From NCBI RefSeq assembly GCF_018350175.1, contig NC_058368.1, positions 43,340,001 to 43,404,000 on the forward strand: a DNA stretch of 64,000 nucleotides, in the 5' to 3' direction. This DNA comes from Felis catus. Taxonomy: Eukaryota. The notes beneath the pieces were generated by a model. The model saw only the letters and a program-made list of their open reading frames with translations, was not told where the DNA came from and searched no databases. Position 1 is the stretch's first letter, and every line of letters begins with the position of its first letter. Shown piece after piece: positions 1-12,865 of the stretch. The position numbers were made by a program, and so were the translations under genes.

Positions 1-54
1 TTTTTCAAGTGGTTCTCAGACTTCAGCTCTATAGAACATTTCCAAACTCTGACC

Positions 55-145
55 TTGCATGTAAGAGACTTGAGAGCCAGGATTGTGTGTTATTCATCAT
101 TTCACTCTGAGTATCTAGAACAGTGTTTACCAATAAATACCTTGA
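55..145 (+). mobile_element. L2 LINE 3' end relic
   Basis: gtaagagacttgagagccaggattgtgtgt...tatctagaacagtg...caataaatac resembles the L2 3' terminus. Confidence 0.5.
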
Positions 146-380
146 TAAGCTGAAATGTCCCTCGTTTATTTCAGACAAGAATAAAAAGGTTAGTGTACTG
201 AAGGCTCTACAGATTTGTGAGTGAATAAGAACTCTTCAGAAACAGTAATTATTTCCACCACTAATCACCTAAGAATGAAAGCTGTGCATCTTTTCATGTA
301 TTGGATAGGGGATCAATATGGGTGGATTTAAATAAGAGGGGAATAAATGTTATACTTACCTTGATCACAACATAAATTAC

Positions 381-416
381 ATTTTTTTACATTTATTTAT
401 TTAGTTATTGAGAGAC

Positions 417-464
<48 letters not shown>

Positions 465-632
465 AGAATGAGCAGGGGAGGGATAGAGAGAGAGAGAGGG
501 AGAGAGAGAATCCGAAGCAAGCTCCACATTGTCGAGTTCGATACAGGGCTCTATCTCATGAACTGTGAGATAATGACCTGAGCTGAAATCAAGAGTTGGA
601 CGCTTAACTGACTGAGCCACCTAGGAGTCCCC
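381..632 (-). mobile_element. Can-SINE (SINEC family), older copy
   Basis: Reverse-oriented tRNA-like head (gactgagccacctaggagtcccc), (GA)n tract, tttatttatt tail. Confidence 0.95.
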
Positions 633-2267
633 ATAAAATAAATATCAAATTGAATATATGTCTACTTTATAGATGCTGACTGGGAATGAGAAAAGTAAGA
701 CCTGAAGAGTACACTACAATCTGTAGATATAATTAATAGGCCAAATTATATGATGTCATGTTATTTTCTGTACAAATTTCTATGGATCTGGATATATGCA
801 TGTGGCTTCCATGCTTAGGTTTTACTGCACCATAAAATAGTACACGTTTCTTCCCCTATTTCTTTGTTTACTAATATGCAATACTTTTACTACTAACAAA
901 CATGCACAAACACACCCACACCTATAACATGCACATACACACTTTTTTTTTTTTCATTTTTGTACTAGGCTTTTCATCTGTTGGGATCTTTATGTCTCCT
1001 AATTTGAGATTTTAGCATTATTAGAGCTTCAGTAAAATAGCATTAATAATCTGATTAAGTTTGTACATTCAATTCAAAGAGCAAAAAATTTTTAATGGAA
1101 AAATCTCAAATATATTACTTTTAAAAATCCCTAGTTCATCAACTTCTTAAAAAGACAATTCAGAGAAGAACCCAGTCAACCATGCAAAAATTGATGAGCA
1201 CAGGGCAGGGAGAGTCAGAAGAATTAGAGACTTAGTACAAAATCTAATGTCATATACACACAAAATGGCTCTTATATTTTAAGGATCTAAAACATGTTGA
1301 ATTACTTTGGTGAGGTTGACAGGAATAATAGTGCTGAAGCCAGAATTTTATTACTAAATATATTAAAACATAAAACATTATGTAACAAAGCAATGGTAAT
1401 TCTTACAGCACTATTTAAAAATTATTCTATTGGATACAGTGTAGCAGATACCATCTTATCTTGATGTTGTTCCCTGCTACTAATAAAATAAAGGTATTAA
1501 AGAATACAAAGTACCCTGAGCTGACCCTGACCAACCACATCCTTAGACTCAATACCTAAGCAAAACAAACCACATGCTTTCTCAACCCTGTGACTGTACA
1601 AGATGTTCGCTCCATAGCAAATCACCCCCTAATCTCAATCTGTTTTGCTCACTCATCATCCACATGATAAAACTTCAGCATCAATATCTCTGGGTAAGCC
1701 TTTTTTATGAGACCCATGGTGAACTAAACACTTCCCAATTTCCCCTACTAGACTACGAGCTCCGTGATGTCATAGGTTATTTCTTTCTTCCGCTAACCTG
1801 GCATAAGGTAAAAAGAGAAGCATCTCTCCCTACCTACTAATTTAAACATGTTTCCTTCTGTGTTTAGGACCAACTTCTTCCAAAGATGAATACTCATCCC
1901 AACAGGGAGAAAATACCTCTTCTTGTGATTTTGCAGGCACAGCATAGGGTATATATAATAAAGAATTCGTTATTATATAAATAAATTACATTTTTTTCCT
2001 TATTCAATAAAAGATAAAGAAAATTACATTGTAAGAAATTTTAAATAATTCTGAAAAATAATTTAAAATAATACTTTATATCATAAATGAACCATGAATT
2101 AACCAAATAAGTTAAATACAAATTATTCATGTTTTAGGGATACAGAGCATTTATTGAGTCTATTTGTCTTCATTTCCTTCTCTCAGTAGCTATTTTACCA
2201 AATATAACAACTATATTTGAATTTTAGAATTTTGATTCCAGAATTCTGCTCTTTCTTTACCTTTTTT

Positions 2268-2473
2268 TTTTAACGTTTTATTTATTTTTGAGACAGAGAG
2301 AAACAGAGCATGAACGGGGGAGGGGCAGAGAGAGGGGGAGACACAGAATGGAAGCAGGCTCCAGGCTCTGAGCCATTAGCCCAGAGCCCGACGCGGGGCT
2401 CGAACTCACAGACCGCGAGATCGTGACCTGAGCTGAAGTCGGACGCTCAACCGACTGAGCCACCCAGGCGCCC
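2268..2473 (-). mobile_element. SINEC_Fc-type Can-SINE, young
   Basis: CpG-intact body; 17-bp TSD ctttctttacctttttt at 2251-2267 and 2474-2490. Confidence 0.97.
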
Positions 2474-2594
2474 CTTTCTTTACCTTTTTTAAACTACTGG
2501 TGGGTAAGCACATTGCTAGATCAACTTATGAAAAACATTAAATTATATGGTTTTGGTAGAATTATACAGAATTAACATAGTAAAGTTAAGCAGT

Positions 2595-2836
2595 GAAAAG
2601 AAGTGGTAGGTGAAACAAGGTCTAAAACCAGATTCTTGTGCAAATCTCATTTCTGATGTCTATTAACTTGTGACTTTGGACAACATCATATGGAATTTTC
2701 TCATCCAATAATAAATGGATAATAGCAATCCCTTCAATTTAGGGTTGTTGGAGAGAGCGAATGAAATAAGAATTATATAAAAAAATATTACAGCGCTTGG
2801 AACATAATAGATGTTCAGTAAATGTTAGCTATTATT
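2595..2836 (+). mobile_element. MIR SINE
   Basis: tgtgactttggacaac...ttctcatcc...agggttgttggagag...cagtaaatgttagctatt matches the MIR core and 3' end. Confidence 0.75.
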
Positions 2837-4105
2837 CACTTTAATAATAAGGAGGGAACTAGCATAATTAATAATACAGAAAACAATCTGGAAAACAAAC
2901 AAACAAAAAAACTACCAACCCTCATATCTAGGCTCTCTAGTTGAGGATCCTAGGAAATACACAGTTATTAGGATTACAAAATGTAAGATGAAAAAATTTG
3001 TGAGATGAAAGTCTATGTGACAATTGGAGACTCAGACAGAAGGGTCCCACTAACGACCTTGGTGAGAAAAAACAATCAGCAGAATCAGTGATCCATAAAG
3101 CATGCTCCAAGGTAGCCTAAAGGAGATCTATGAAAAGAGAAAATCAGCACAGAATAAAGAAGCACAGAATTACAGAAGCAGTCGGGAGAAAACCATTTTG
3201 AGAAGTTCTGAATTGGTTTTTATTTTTATTTTCAAAGACATCTTGATGAAAGTTCTTTAAATGTATTCTGCAATTATTCTTTTAAAGTCTAAAAGAAATA
3301 AAACGAATGGAATAGGTGCTGACTGCAAAAGGAATTCTACCCATGAGATAGCACTAACTAAACCATAAAGAAAAGTATACTATTTTATATTGACAAAATG
3401 TACATCAAATTCTATAAATAGCAACATGTTTTGTTATTGTGTCAATGAAATATTAACAGTAACAAAGTTATCCCCCCCCCCACAAGGTTAATTGTTAATT
3501 AGTTTCATGCTTTAAAAATGCACTAACTTTTAACTGCTATTAGTTGTCTAAGGACTTTATTCAAAACACATAAATTTAAAAACAGTGGCAAAATGATAGA
3601 CCAAAGAACAGATGTAGCTGTATCCTGCATAAAAGGAAAATACTAAATTAAGGATCTACCTGTATTACAACTGTAATTCTATTACCAATAACCCAAGTTT
3701 TCTGGAAATCTGCAACAGTGTTGAAATTTCTGTTGGGGGAGGGTGGTTTTCATTTTTAATGGCATGAGTAAAAGTCTCAGCTAAAGGAGGTCTAAATCAT
3801 TCTTCACTAAGGTGTCTAAATATTTTCATATAGTAGAGAAGTAAGATGATCCACAGTCTAGTAGTTTCAGTGAATCAGTAAAGACCTAGCTGAATTTTTT
3901 GGTTCAACACTGTAATAGCCTCATTCTTAAATAATATCTCACTATGCCTTGGGTTTCAGGCAGTACTGATTCCTCTCTGTCCTATAATAAATATGAAATA
4001 AGTTCTTTATAATACCCAAATGTTAGGAGTCATGTAAGAAAAAAATATGACATAATCTCAAAAAGTAATTTTGAACCACAAGACCAAAAACCCAAATAAG
4101 TAAAT

Positions 4106-4280
4106 AAGTGTCCAAGTTTTCATTTTGGCTCAGGTCATGATCTCACGGTGGGTGAGTGAGTCCCACAGTCAAAGCCTATGCTGATAGTGCAAAGCCTTCT
4201 TGGGATTCCCTCTCTCTCTGTCCCTCTCCCACTCTCTCGCTCTTTCTCTCTCTTTCAAAATAAATAAACTTAAAAAAAAA
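4106..4280 (+). mobile_element. Can-SINE, 5'-truncated
   Basis: ggctcaggtcatgatctcacgg, (CT)n tract, aaaataaataaacttaaaaaaaaa tail. Confidence 0.9.
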
Positions 4281-4719
4281 GAGCTGTGATTCTTCTTAGA
4301 AATGTATTTATGTAGTCTTAACAAAGTTTTAAAAATTAGGACATTTTACACGAAATTAAGGGACTTTTTTGTCTTTTGAAAAGCTGCAAAATCTGGCCAT
4401 CCTGGGTTTATGTTCCCACATGGTGACTGTCTCCTTTAGAAAAAAAGAAACTGCAATAAGTTCCCCACCACTTATGTTGTCTTATTTCAGAGTCACATCA
4501 CATTCTGCTTTACCTGCCTTGTTATGTAGACATTTGATACTGTGCTCGCCAATGTGTAGTATTCTGCCACTTTGAACCCCACCCCTTCTGCCCCTATATA
4601 CACTCATATACACATATATTTAGCTTGCAGAAGGATAGGAAAGGAAATACAACAGATTTAACACTTAACTTCAGAAGAAATATAATTAGAACAGGATGGT
4701 GGGAAGATTGTTAACTTTT

Positions 4720-4744
4720 TTTAAAAATGTTTATTCATTTTGGG

Positions 4745-4784
<40 letters not shown>

Positions 4785-4912
4785 ATGTGAAGCAGGCTCC
4801 AGGCACTGAGCTGTCAGCACAGAGCCTGATGTGGGGCTGGAATTCATGAAATGCAAGATCATGACCTGAGCTGAAGTCAGACACTTAACTGACTGAGCTA
4901 CCCAGGTGCCCC
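4720..4912 (-). mobile_element. Can-SINE
   Basis: Reverse SINE body ending cccaggtgcccc; degenerate TSD aagatt(gtt)aacttttt. Confidence 0.93.
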
Positions 4913-5400
4913 AAAGATTAACTTTTTATTTATATTTCTCCATATGGTTTGAATTATTAAAATGAGTACATATTACTTTGAATTCAAAAGAAAATCTCAT
5001 AAAATACTATTACAAACTGAAAAAAAAAAGACTGAAAGAACAGCAGAAAGAAAAGGAAGCAAGTTATCACTGGGATCAAGAAGCATGAACATACACATGT
5101 ACCAGGATGTAAAGAATTCCACATGAACAGGTCTAGTTTTGTCAAATCTCAGCTATATAGTCAATATTAAAAAGACAGTTAGCCAATACCAGAAAAAGGG
5201 AAAATTCTGCAGGCTGAAGAATCTAAATCTTTTCCCTTGAGAAATTTATAATCCATTGGGAGAATATGAACAACAAATTAACCAAAAAATAAAAATAAAA
5301 TAAACAAAGAAATAGGTAAGAGCATAGTTTAAATAGTAAAAGAATAAGTGTAATTTTCTAAATATGTATTGTATGTTTAGTACTTCAAAGTTTTCAGTTT

Positions 5401-5588
5401 TTAAAAAAATGTTTATTCATTTTTATTTTAGAGAGAGAGTGAACACATGAGTGGGGGAAGGGCGGGGGTGGAGGGACAGAGGATCTGTCAGCAAAGAGCC
5501 CAATGTGGGGGGTTCGAACTAACGAACCGTGAGATGATGACCGGAGCCGAAGTTGGACACTTAACCAACTGAGCCACCCAGGTTCCCC
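5401..5588 (-). mobile_element. Can-SINE
   Basis: Reverse SINE body; degenerate TSD aaagttttcagtttt / aaagtttgcactttt. Confidence 0.93.
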
Positions 5589-5664
5589 AAAAGTTTGCAC
5601 TTTTTTCAAGTCTATTTTTCATCTGTAAGTCTATTAATTCAACTTATGTTCACAATACACTTAA

Positions 5665-5835
5665 TAAATAAGGAGGTAGGTATCATCATTGCTGTATTTC
5701 AAATGAAAAAAAAAAAGAAGAAAAAAAAAGGATGCTCAGAAAAGAATTTAACTCATTGTGCTTAAACCAACTTGGAAACAGAAGTAAAATTCTCCCTAGA
5801 CTACTGACTGTCCCTTTCACTACAGTGTTCTGTCT
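5665..5835 (-). mobile_element. MIR relic
   Basis: aggtaggtatcatcatt...tttcaaatgaaaaa...gatgctcagaaaagaatttaact resembles the reverse MIR core. Confidence 0.5.
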
Positions 5836-6974
5836 TAGAAAGTATTTAAAAAGGTCAGATAATGGAGTATACAATATCATCTTCATAAGATGGAGATGGA
5901 TTCTGACAAAATTGAAATGTGAACATCATTGTGAGTAGAGGCCTATTAAGTTATATTCAGAACATTTTCTCCTAATAGCTGCCTGGCATTGGTCAGCACC
6001 ATTAGAATCTTCTGAGGTTGATGAAAATCTCAGATTTTCAGTTGATATAATACAGATTTTTAGAACTAGTCCCATATCTGATTAATAGGTGTGGGGTTGG
6101 AATAGAAATATGTGCATTATTTTTCCAAGATTTCCAAGATTAAGAAACTGCTAATATTTATACAAATGGAAAACCCTCTGGCTTGCCAAAATGAAAAGTA
6201 GAGAGAAAAGAGTTGATGTATGTTGAAAATGTGAGAAAAAAAGACTCTGAATGGGTTTTGTTGTAAGAGAAGAACAATGTGCAGACAAACTTGACTTGAG
6301 TGGAGCATATAGGAGTTTAATCTGGACAAGGTTAAATGAATGGATTTTAAAGTTGCTGTCAACTGGGCTCCATCTGGCCATGATTTTGCTGTTCTGAGAG
6401 TAGAGTCTCTTTCAACTCAAGGTCAGCATCAATGTAGTCTTAAAACATCAACGGGAGTAAATTTGATTCTGCAGGAGCCTGGGGCTATTGCTTGTATTTT
6501 CTCTGGTTCTATGTCTGTATCTGTTCCCAAATGCCCATTCAAATAATCATTCACATCATATATTAATAACAGAACTTACAAGGTTAGACACAAAGTTTCC
6601 AATGAAAGTGCGCTGAGAAAAATGAATCAAATTTATTCTGTAAACTTTGGAATAAATAGAAGCTTTTTAATCGGTGCTTAATATTTATATTCCATTGTTT
6701 AGGTCAAATATTTTTGCAAAGTGAAGGGTTAGTTGAAGGAAGGAGTGATCAAAGTCTGGCTGAATGGTAAGAAAATTATTTAATAATCTCCATAAAATAT
6801 GATATAGATGTGAACTAACTGAATGGGAATGGAAGAAAAAGGGCAGTTAACGAAGGTATTTTAAGAAGGAAGATTTGAAAATACTCGATGATGGGATGAA
6901 TATGGAGGTAATTAGATAAATGTCAAGAATTTCAGTGAGTTTAGTTTCCTGACAAAAATCATGATACTTTTTTT

Positions 6975-7210
6975 TAATTAAAAAAAATTTTAGTGTTTAT
7001 TTTTGAGAGAGAGAGAGAGAGAGAGGGAGAGAGAGTGACACAGCATGAGTGGGGGAGGGGCAGAGAGAAAGGGAGACACAGAATCTGAAGCAGGCTCCAG
7101 GCTCTGAGCGGTCAGCACAGAGCCCCACGTGGGGCTCAAACTCATAAACCGGGAGATAGTGATATTAACTGAAATGGGACGTTCAACCAACTGAGCTACC
7201 CAGGTGCCCC
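6975..7210 (-). mobile_element. Can-SINE
   Basis: Reverse SINE body; TSD catgatacttttttt / catgatgcttttttt. Confidence 0.95.
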
Positions 7211-7407
7211 CATGATGCTTTTTTTAAAGGAGGTCCAGAGAACAAGCCGATTTTAAGAAATATTGATGAGTTTACTTTTCAACATGTTGAGGAGTTTAAG
7301 GTGAAAGGAATGCTAAATGGAGATTAAAATGATCTAAAAACTTGAATGTTCAAAATCGACTGCAAACAGAAGTAGCAATTATGCATAAATTCAGATATAG
7401 GAAGGAC

Positions 7408-8120
7408 AACAGTGGTTTTTAAAACATTTTTAATGTTTATTTATTCTGAGAGAGAGACAGAGAGAGAAAGTGAGCAGGGGAGGAGCAGAGAGAGAGGGAG
7501 AGAGAAAATCCCAAGCAGTCTCCATGCTGTCAGTGCAAAGCCTGATGTGGGGTTTGATCTCAGGAATGTGAGATCAAGACCTGAGCTGAGATTAAGAATA
7601 GAATGCTCAACTGACTGAGTCCTACCAAGGTGCCTCTGCCCCTCAAATTTTTAACATCCTCCTATTGAAAGGTGGAGCATATGGCCAGACCCTTGAATCT
7701 GGGCTGTTTTGTGAATGCCTGGAGTAAAAAGTGCAACAGAATTGACATTATGTGCCTGCCAAGGCCACCTGGTTCTCTCAGGATGCTCTCTCCATAAATC
7801 CCCTCTCATACTGTCTTGCTAGAACATGGCCACCATGATGTGAGAAATATAAGCCAATGAAGAAGCCACACGTGGACTCTCTGGTTCTTAGTCCCAGTGG
7901 AGCCCATCCTACAGCCATTAGCCAAGGTTCTGACCATATGAGTGACAAAGATATCTTGGAGATGGATCCTCCAGTCCTTTGAATCTTTCTAGCTGTTGTT
8001 CCCTTTCTAAATCCTGAATACAGAAACTATGAGCTTAATGAAAAGAAAAACAAAAACAAACAACTGTGGTTCTTTACACATTAAGATTAGGATGCTGTGT
8101 TACAGTGATAGTAACCAAAC
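7408..8120 (+). mobile_element. MaLR LTR (MLT1G/H-like), interrupted near its 5' end by a SINE
   Basis: gtggtttttaaaaca...[SINE]...cctcctattgaaaggtggag...cccttgaatctgggc...ccaccatgatgtgagaaa...aagccacacgtgga...tgtgttacagtgatagtaaccaaac. Confidence 0.7.
7427..7636 (-). mobile_element. Can-SINE nested in MLT1 LTR
   Basis: Reverse SINE body with (GA)n; the MLT1 sequence resumes at 7637. Confidence 0.92.
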
Positions 8121-8149
8121 CAACCTCTGTTAGTAATCCCTAGTCAGTT

Positions 8150-8306
8150 AGATCTTCTCAACTGAGATCCAGGCATTATGGCACAGACACAGCCATACCT
8201 GCTATGCCTTGTAGAATTCCTTATCCACAGAATCCATAAACATTATAAAACCTTTTTATAACACTAAATTGGGGTAGTTTGTTATCTGGCAATAATAACT
8301 AAAACA
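8150..8306 (+). mobile_element. second MLT1-type LTR 3' fragment
   Basis: aattccttatccacagaatcc...cactaaattggggtagtttgttatctggcaataataactaaaaca is a typical MLT1 3' end. Confidence 0.6.
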
Positions 8307-8529
8307 ACCTTCTGAAAACATGATGAAATTCATTGATATATTCCCTACATTGCACTACACCAAAAATACTGTTTACAACATAAGGCATTCTCAAACCCCC
8401 TTGTTTTTATCACACTAACAAAAATAATTAATTGAACAAATGCTTATGGGAACACACCGTAAAGAACAATTTATCTGAACAAACTGATATCTCTCTTAAC
8501 TATGGAGGTAAGTCCTCCCCTTATCCTTA

Positions 8530-8725
8530 TTTAACATATACACACCACTGTCTAAAACTCTGTAAGATAGAATATTGTTATTTTACTTCAATATTATATA
8601 TAAAGAAACCGAAGCTCAAAGGGAGCAAGTAACTTTTCAAATTATTTGATTATTTAGTTATGGAGAAAGTATATAAACTCACAATCTAGCTTGATACTGT
8701 GCTTTTAGCTCCTATATTCTCATGC
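8530..8725 (-). mobile_element. MIR SINE
   Basis: aagaaaccgaagctcaaagggagcaagtaacttttcaa matches the reverse MIR core. Confidence 0.6.
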
Positions 8726-10265
8726 CTCTCAACTAATCCAAGAGAAGACAAGGACCCCAAGTAAGATGAAATACTTGGTTACAGATTGTGTTTAATCTAA
8801 ATTTAATTTTATTAACTCCAATTCCATGCATTTTCATTTAGTCTGCCTCAACAAATGATTAGTTAATAATTCTTCTACTTTTCTATGTGAATTGAACAGT
8901 AATTAAGTTAATTAAGATGTGTTTTTCTAAAAATATAAGACTGAAAACTTACACAAGAAGTATTTACATTGGGCATAGCAGGATACCAATCAGGGGTCAT
9001 TAAATAAAAGTAAGCTAATTAAACTGTTTCTAGGCATGGTGATCTGACCTAAAAATATACAGCCTTTTCCTGCTCTATTAAATTTGAATTGTGCCCTTAT
9101 AGAACTCTTCCTTTTGGAAAAAGCTAAAATATACTTGGAAGTAGAAAACTGGAACATCAGAGGGTATTTACAATCTCATAGGAATGTCTTATTATTGAAC
9201 TTGCCTCAAAGTCTTTTTTATTATGGATGCTTTAACAAGAGAGAAGTGCTTATCATGAAGGATGAGTAATTTTTTTTTCCAAGGTTGATATTCCTTTAAC
9301 TGGGAGCAGGAGGGATACTTGTGAACTGGGGAATGACAGAAAGGAAAGAGCCATGTCAGCTAAATCAACTGATTCACATTCTGTTAATAGAGGGACAGCT
9401 GTTCATCTTAATCACTCCCATGCCCTCTTTTGCTGTGCTGTGTTTCACATTGTCATTCCCACAGTTCCCTTGGGCATGTGCTATCTCTTCTGCATCAGAA
9501 TGTTATATCTGAGCTAACAGTGGTTGCTTTATAAGGCAATGCATATGACATTTGCTGTGTCCCAGTTCTTTTTCAAGCATCTTTAATATAATGTTGATTC
9601 TATTATTTTGGTTCTGTTTATTTTAATCATATAGATACAGAAAACCTTTGGAAAAATGACATAATTCTTCTTTATTTAATGTCTTTTGTTGTCACTCCTC
9701 TAATCAGCTTGTTTTGTGATACAGTCTTCAATGTAATCAATCCTTTATGTCTACGGTTAAACTTTGAAGTTTTTTCCAACATTCTTCTAATTAATGGCTT
9801 CTTTCTTGTTACCTTATTTATTCTGTAAATTGATTCAATATTATGCATTTCTTGCCTCCTTAAAGGAACTTATACAGAAAAGACTGACTCCTGACTGTTT
9901 CTTAATTGTTTCAGAAATGTATTTTCTTTTTGATCGAATTACACATAAAGTCATATACAAGAAAATTGGCAAACCTATTTCTAGTAAGTTTCTAAGTTTC
10001 TTCCTACTTCCACATTTTAGTTTTACTCTCTTCATATTTATATTAAATTGGTATTATTGGTTTTTATTTTGCTATAAAGTGTACAGTGAGAATTCTCCAT
10101 GACCTAGTCTTTACTTTTAAAGCTTGGGTAGCATGCATATCTAACACCATTTAGTTTTAATTCCAGTATAGTTACCATGCAGTTTTATATTAGTTTCAGG
10201 TGTACAATATAGCGATTCAAAAATTCTATACATTACTCAGGGCTCATCATGATAAGTGTACTCTT

Positions 10266-10470
10266 TTTGTAAAATGTTTGTTTGTTTGTTTAGAGAGAGA
10301 GAGAATGTGCACCAGGGAGGGGCAGAGAGAGAGGGAGAGAGACAACTCCAAGCAGGCTCTGTGATGTCAGCCCGGAGCTTGACACTGGGTTTGATCTCAT
10401 GACCGTGAGATCATGATCTGAACCCAAATCAGCAGTCAGACACTTAACTAACTGGGCCACTCAGGTGCCC
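10266..10470 (-). mobile_element. Can-SINE nested in L1
   Basis: Reverse SINE flanked by gataagtgtactctt / gataactggactctt. Confidence 0.93.
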
Positions 10471-10486
10471 TGATAACTGGACTCTT

Positions 10487-10716
10487 TTTTTTTTTTTCAT
10501 TTTTTTCAAGTTTATTTATTTTGAGAGAGGAAAAGAGAGAGAGAGAGAGAGAGTGCACGTGCAAGTGGGGGAGGGGCAGAGACAGAGAATCCCAAGCAGG
10601 CTTCACACTGTCAATGCAGAGCCTGATGCAGGTCTTGAACTCACAAACTTCGAGACCGTGACCCAAGCTGAAATCAAGGGTGGGACACTTAACTGAATCA
10701 GCCACCTGGGTGCCCC
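10487..10716 (-). mobile_element. Can-SINE nested in L1, tandem with the previous one
   Basis: Reverse SINE flanked by gataactggactctt / gataagtgtactctt. Confidence 0.93.
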
Positions 10717-10983
10717 GATAAGTGTACTCTTAATCTTATTAACCTGTTTTACCTATCTCCCTGCCCACCACCCTTCTGGTAACCATCAGTTTGTTCTTTA
10801 TAGTTAAGAGTCTGTTTTTCGGTTTGTCTCTGTTTTTGTTTGTTTTGTTTCTTAAATGCCACATGAGTAAAAGAATATGGTATTGGTCTTCCTCTGACTC
10901 ATTTCACTAAGCATTATACTCTTTAGATCCATTCATATTGTTGCAAATAGCAAGAGTTAATTCTTTTTTATGGCTAATTCCAC

Positions 10984-10986
<3 letters not shown>

Positions 10987-11037
<51 letters not shown>
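10987..11037. repeat. (GT)n microsatellite, about 25 units
   Basis: Uninterrupted gtgtgt run. Confidence 0.97.
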
Positions 11038-11038
<1 letters not shown>

Positions 11039-11492
11039 CCACTTCTTTATCCATTCATTTATTGGACAGTTGGGCTGCTTCCATAATTTGACTAATGTAA
11101 ATAACACAGCAATAAACATAGGGGTGCGTAAATCTTTTCAAATTCGTGTTTTTCTATTCTTTGGGTAAATGCCCAGTAGTGGAATTACTGCATCTAAGGT
11201 AGTTCTATTTTTAATTTTTTGGTAATTCTCCATACTGTTTTTCACAGTGGCTGGACAGTTTGCATTCCCACCAACAGTGCATGAGGGTTCCTTTTCCATT
11301 ACATCCTTGCCAATACTTGTTTCCTGTGTTTTTGATTTTAACCATTCTGACTGATGTGAGGCAATATCTCATTGTGTTTTTCATTTGCATTTCCCTGATG
11401 GTAAGTGATGAGGTATATATATTCATGTGTTTTTTGGCCATCTGTAGGTCTTCTTTGGAGAAATGTCTGTTCATGTCTTCTGCCCATTTTTA

Positions 11493-11708
11493 CCTTTTTA
11501 AAAATTTTTAATGTTCATTTATTTTTGAGAGAGAGAGAGAGCAAGAGGGAGGGGGGCAGAGAGAGAAAGGGAGACACAGAACTTGAAGCAGGCTCCAGCC
11601 TGCAAGCTGTCAGCACAGAGCCCGACGTGGGGCTCAAACCCACAAACGGTGAGACCATGACCTGAGCCGAAGTTGGACACTTAACTGACTGAGCCACCCA
11701 GGTGCCCC
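11493..11708 (-). mobile_element. Can-SINE nested in L1
   Basis: Reverse SINE; TSD core cccattttta. Confidence 0.94.
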
Positions 11709-11723
11709 ATTCCCATTTTTAAT

Positions 11724-11962
11724 GAAAGTTTTATTTATTTTTGTTAAGTTTTTATTTAATTCTAGTTACTTAACATACAGTGTAATATTAGTTTCAGGTG
11801 TAGAATGTAGTGATTCATCACTTACATACAACACCCAGTGCTCATTTCAAGTGCCCTCCTTAATACCCATCACCCATCTAGCCCATTCCCCCATCCACCT
11901 CCACTCCAACAACCTTCAGTGTGTTCTCTATAGTTGAGAGTCTGTTTTCTTGTTTGCCTCTT
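11724..11962 (-). mobile_element. short carnivore L1 3' fragment nested in the older L1
   Basis: A second L1 3' terminus (taacatacagtgtaatattagtttcaggtgtagaa...acaacacccagtgctcat) flanked by at(t/g)cccatttttaat. Confidence 0.85.
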
Positions 11963-12739
11963 ATGCCCATTTTTAATTGGGTTATTTGTTTCTGCTATTG
12001 AGTTGTATAAGTTCTTTACCCTTTATTGGATGTGTCATTTGCAAATATCTCAACCCATTTAGTAGGTTGTCTTTTTGTTGACTGTTCTGTTTTCTCTGCT
12101 GTGAAGAAGCTTTTTATTTTGATGCAGTCCCAATGTTTATTTTTCTTTTGTTTCCCTTGCCTGAGGAGACATATCTAGAAAAATGTTTTCATGGCCAATG
12201 TCAGATGAATTACTGCCTGTGCTCTCTTCTAGGATTTTTGCAGTTTCAGGTCTATTTAAGTCCTTAATCCATTTGAGTTTATTTTTGTGCATGGTATGAG
12301 AAAGTAATCGAGCTTCACTGTTTTACATGCAGCTGTCCAGTTTTCCCAACACCATTTTTTGAAGAGACTGTCTTTTTCCCACTGCATATTCTTGCCTCTT
12401 TTGTTGACAATCAATTGGCCATATAATCATGAGTTTATTTCTGGGCTCTCTATTCTGTTCCACTGATCTATGTGCCTATCTTTGTGCCAGTATCATACTG
12501 TTTTGATTACTACAGCTTTGTTGTATATATTTAAATCTAGGATTATGATACCTCCAGTTTTGTTTTTCTTTTTCAAAATTGCTTTGACTATTCAGGGGTC
12601 TTTTGTAGTTCTATACAATTTTAGGATTATTTATTCTAGTTCTGTGAAAAATGCTGTTAGTATTTTGATAGTCTCTAACACCATTTAATAAATAAAGCCT
12701 GACATTTCCATTTGAACTTTTATCTTCCCAATTCTAACA

Positions 12740-12865
12740 ATTATATATATTATATTCTACATATTTATATGTATAACGTTATACTATTTATAATAATGTA
12801 CTAATTAGATTTATATTATATATTATAATATACACCTATATTAAACTGTTTTATTTAATTAAATA
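12740..12865. repeat. AT-rich low-complexity tract
   Basis: Degenerate (TA)n and attata runs. Confidence 0.7.

Larger units (their letters stand above)
10154..12673 (-). mobile_element. 5'-truncated carnivore L1 (3' UTR plus ORF2 C-terminus) hosting four nested insertions
   Basis: Reverse L1 3' end (tagtttcaggtgtacaatatagcgattc); ORF2 C-terminal peptides in the track ([25 protein letters not shown]); 14-bp TSD tctaacaccattta at 10140-10153 and 12674-12687. Confidence 0.93.

Noticed and set aside
350..365. Strong minus-strand donor AAG|GTAAGT
   Set aside because: No usable acceptor upstream; the adjacent sequence is a SINE tail.
2400..2473. tRNA-like A/B boxes in SINE heads as tRNA genes
   Set aside because: These are tRNA-derived Can-SINE heads followed by (CT)n, A tails and TSDs; no independent cloverleaf was seen.
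9794..10102. 102-aa hydrophobic ORF
   Set aside because: The Phe/Leu/Ile bias reflects T-rich DNA; no promoter, splice context or known motif.
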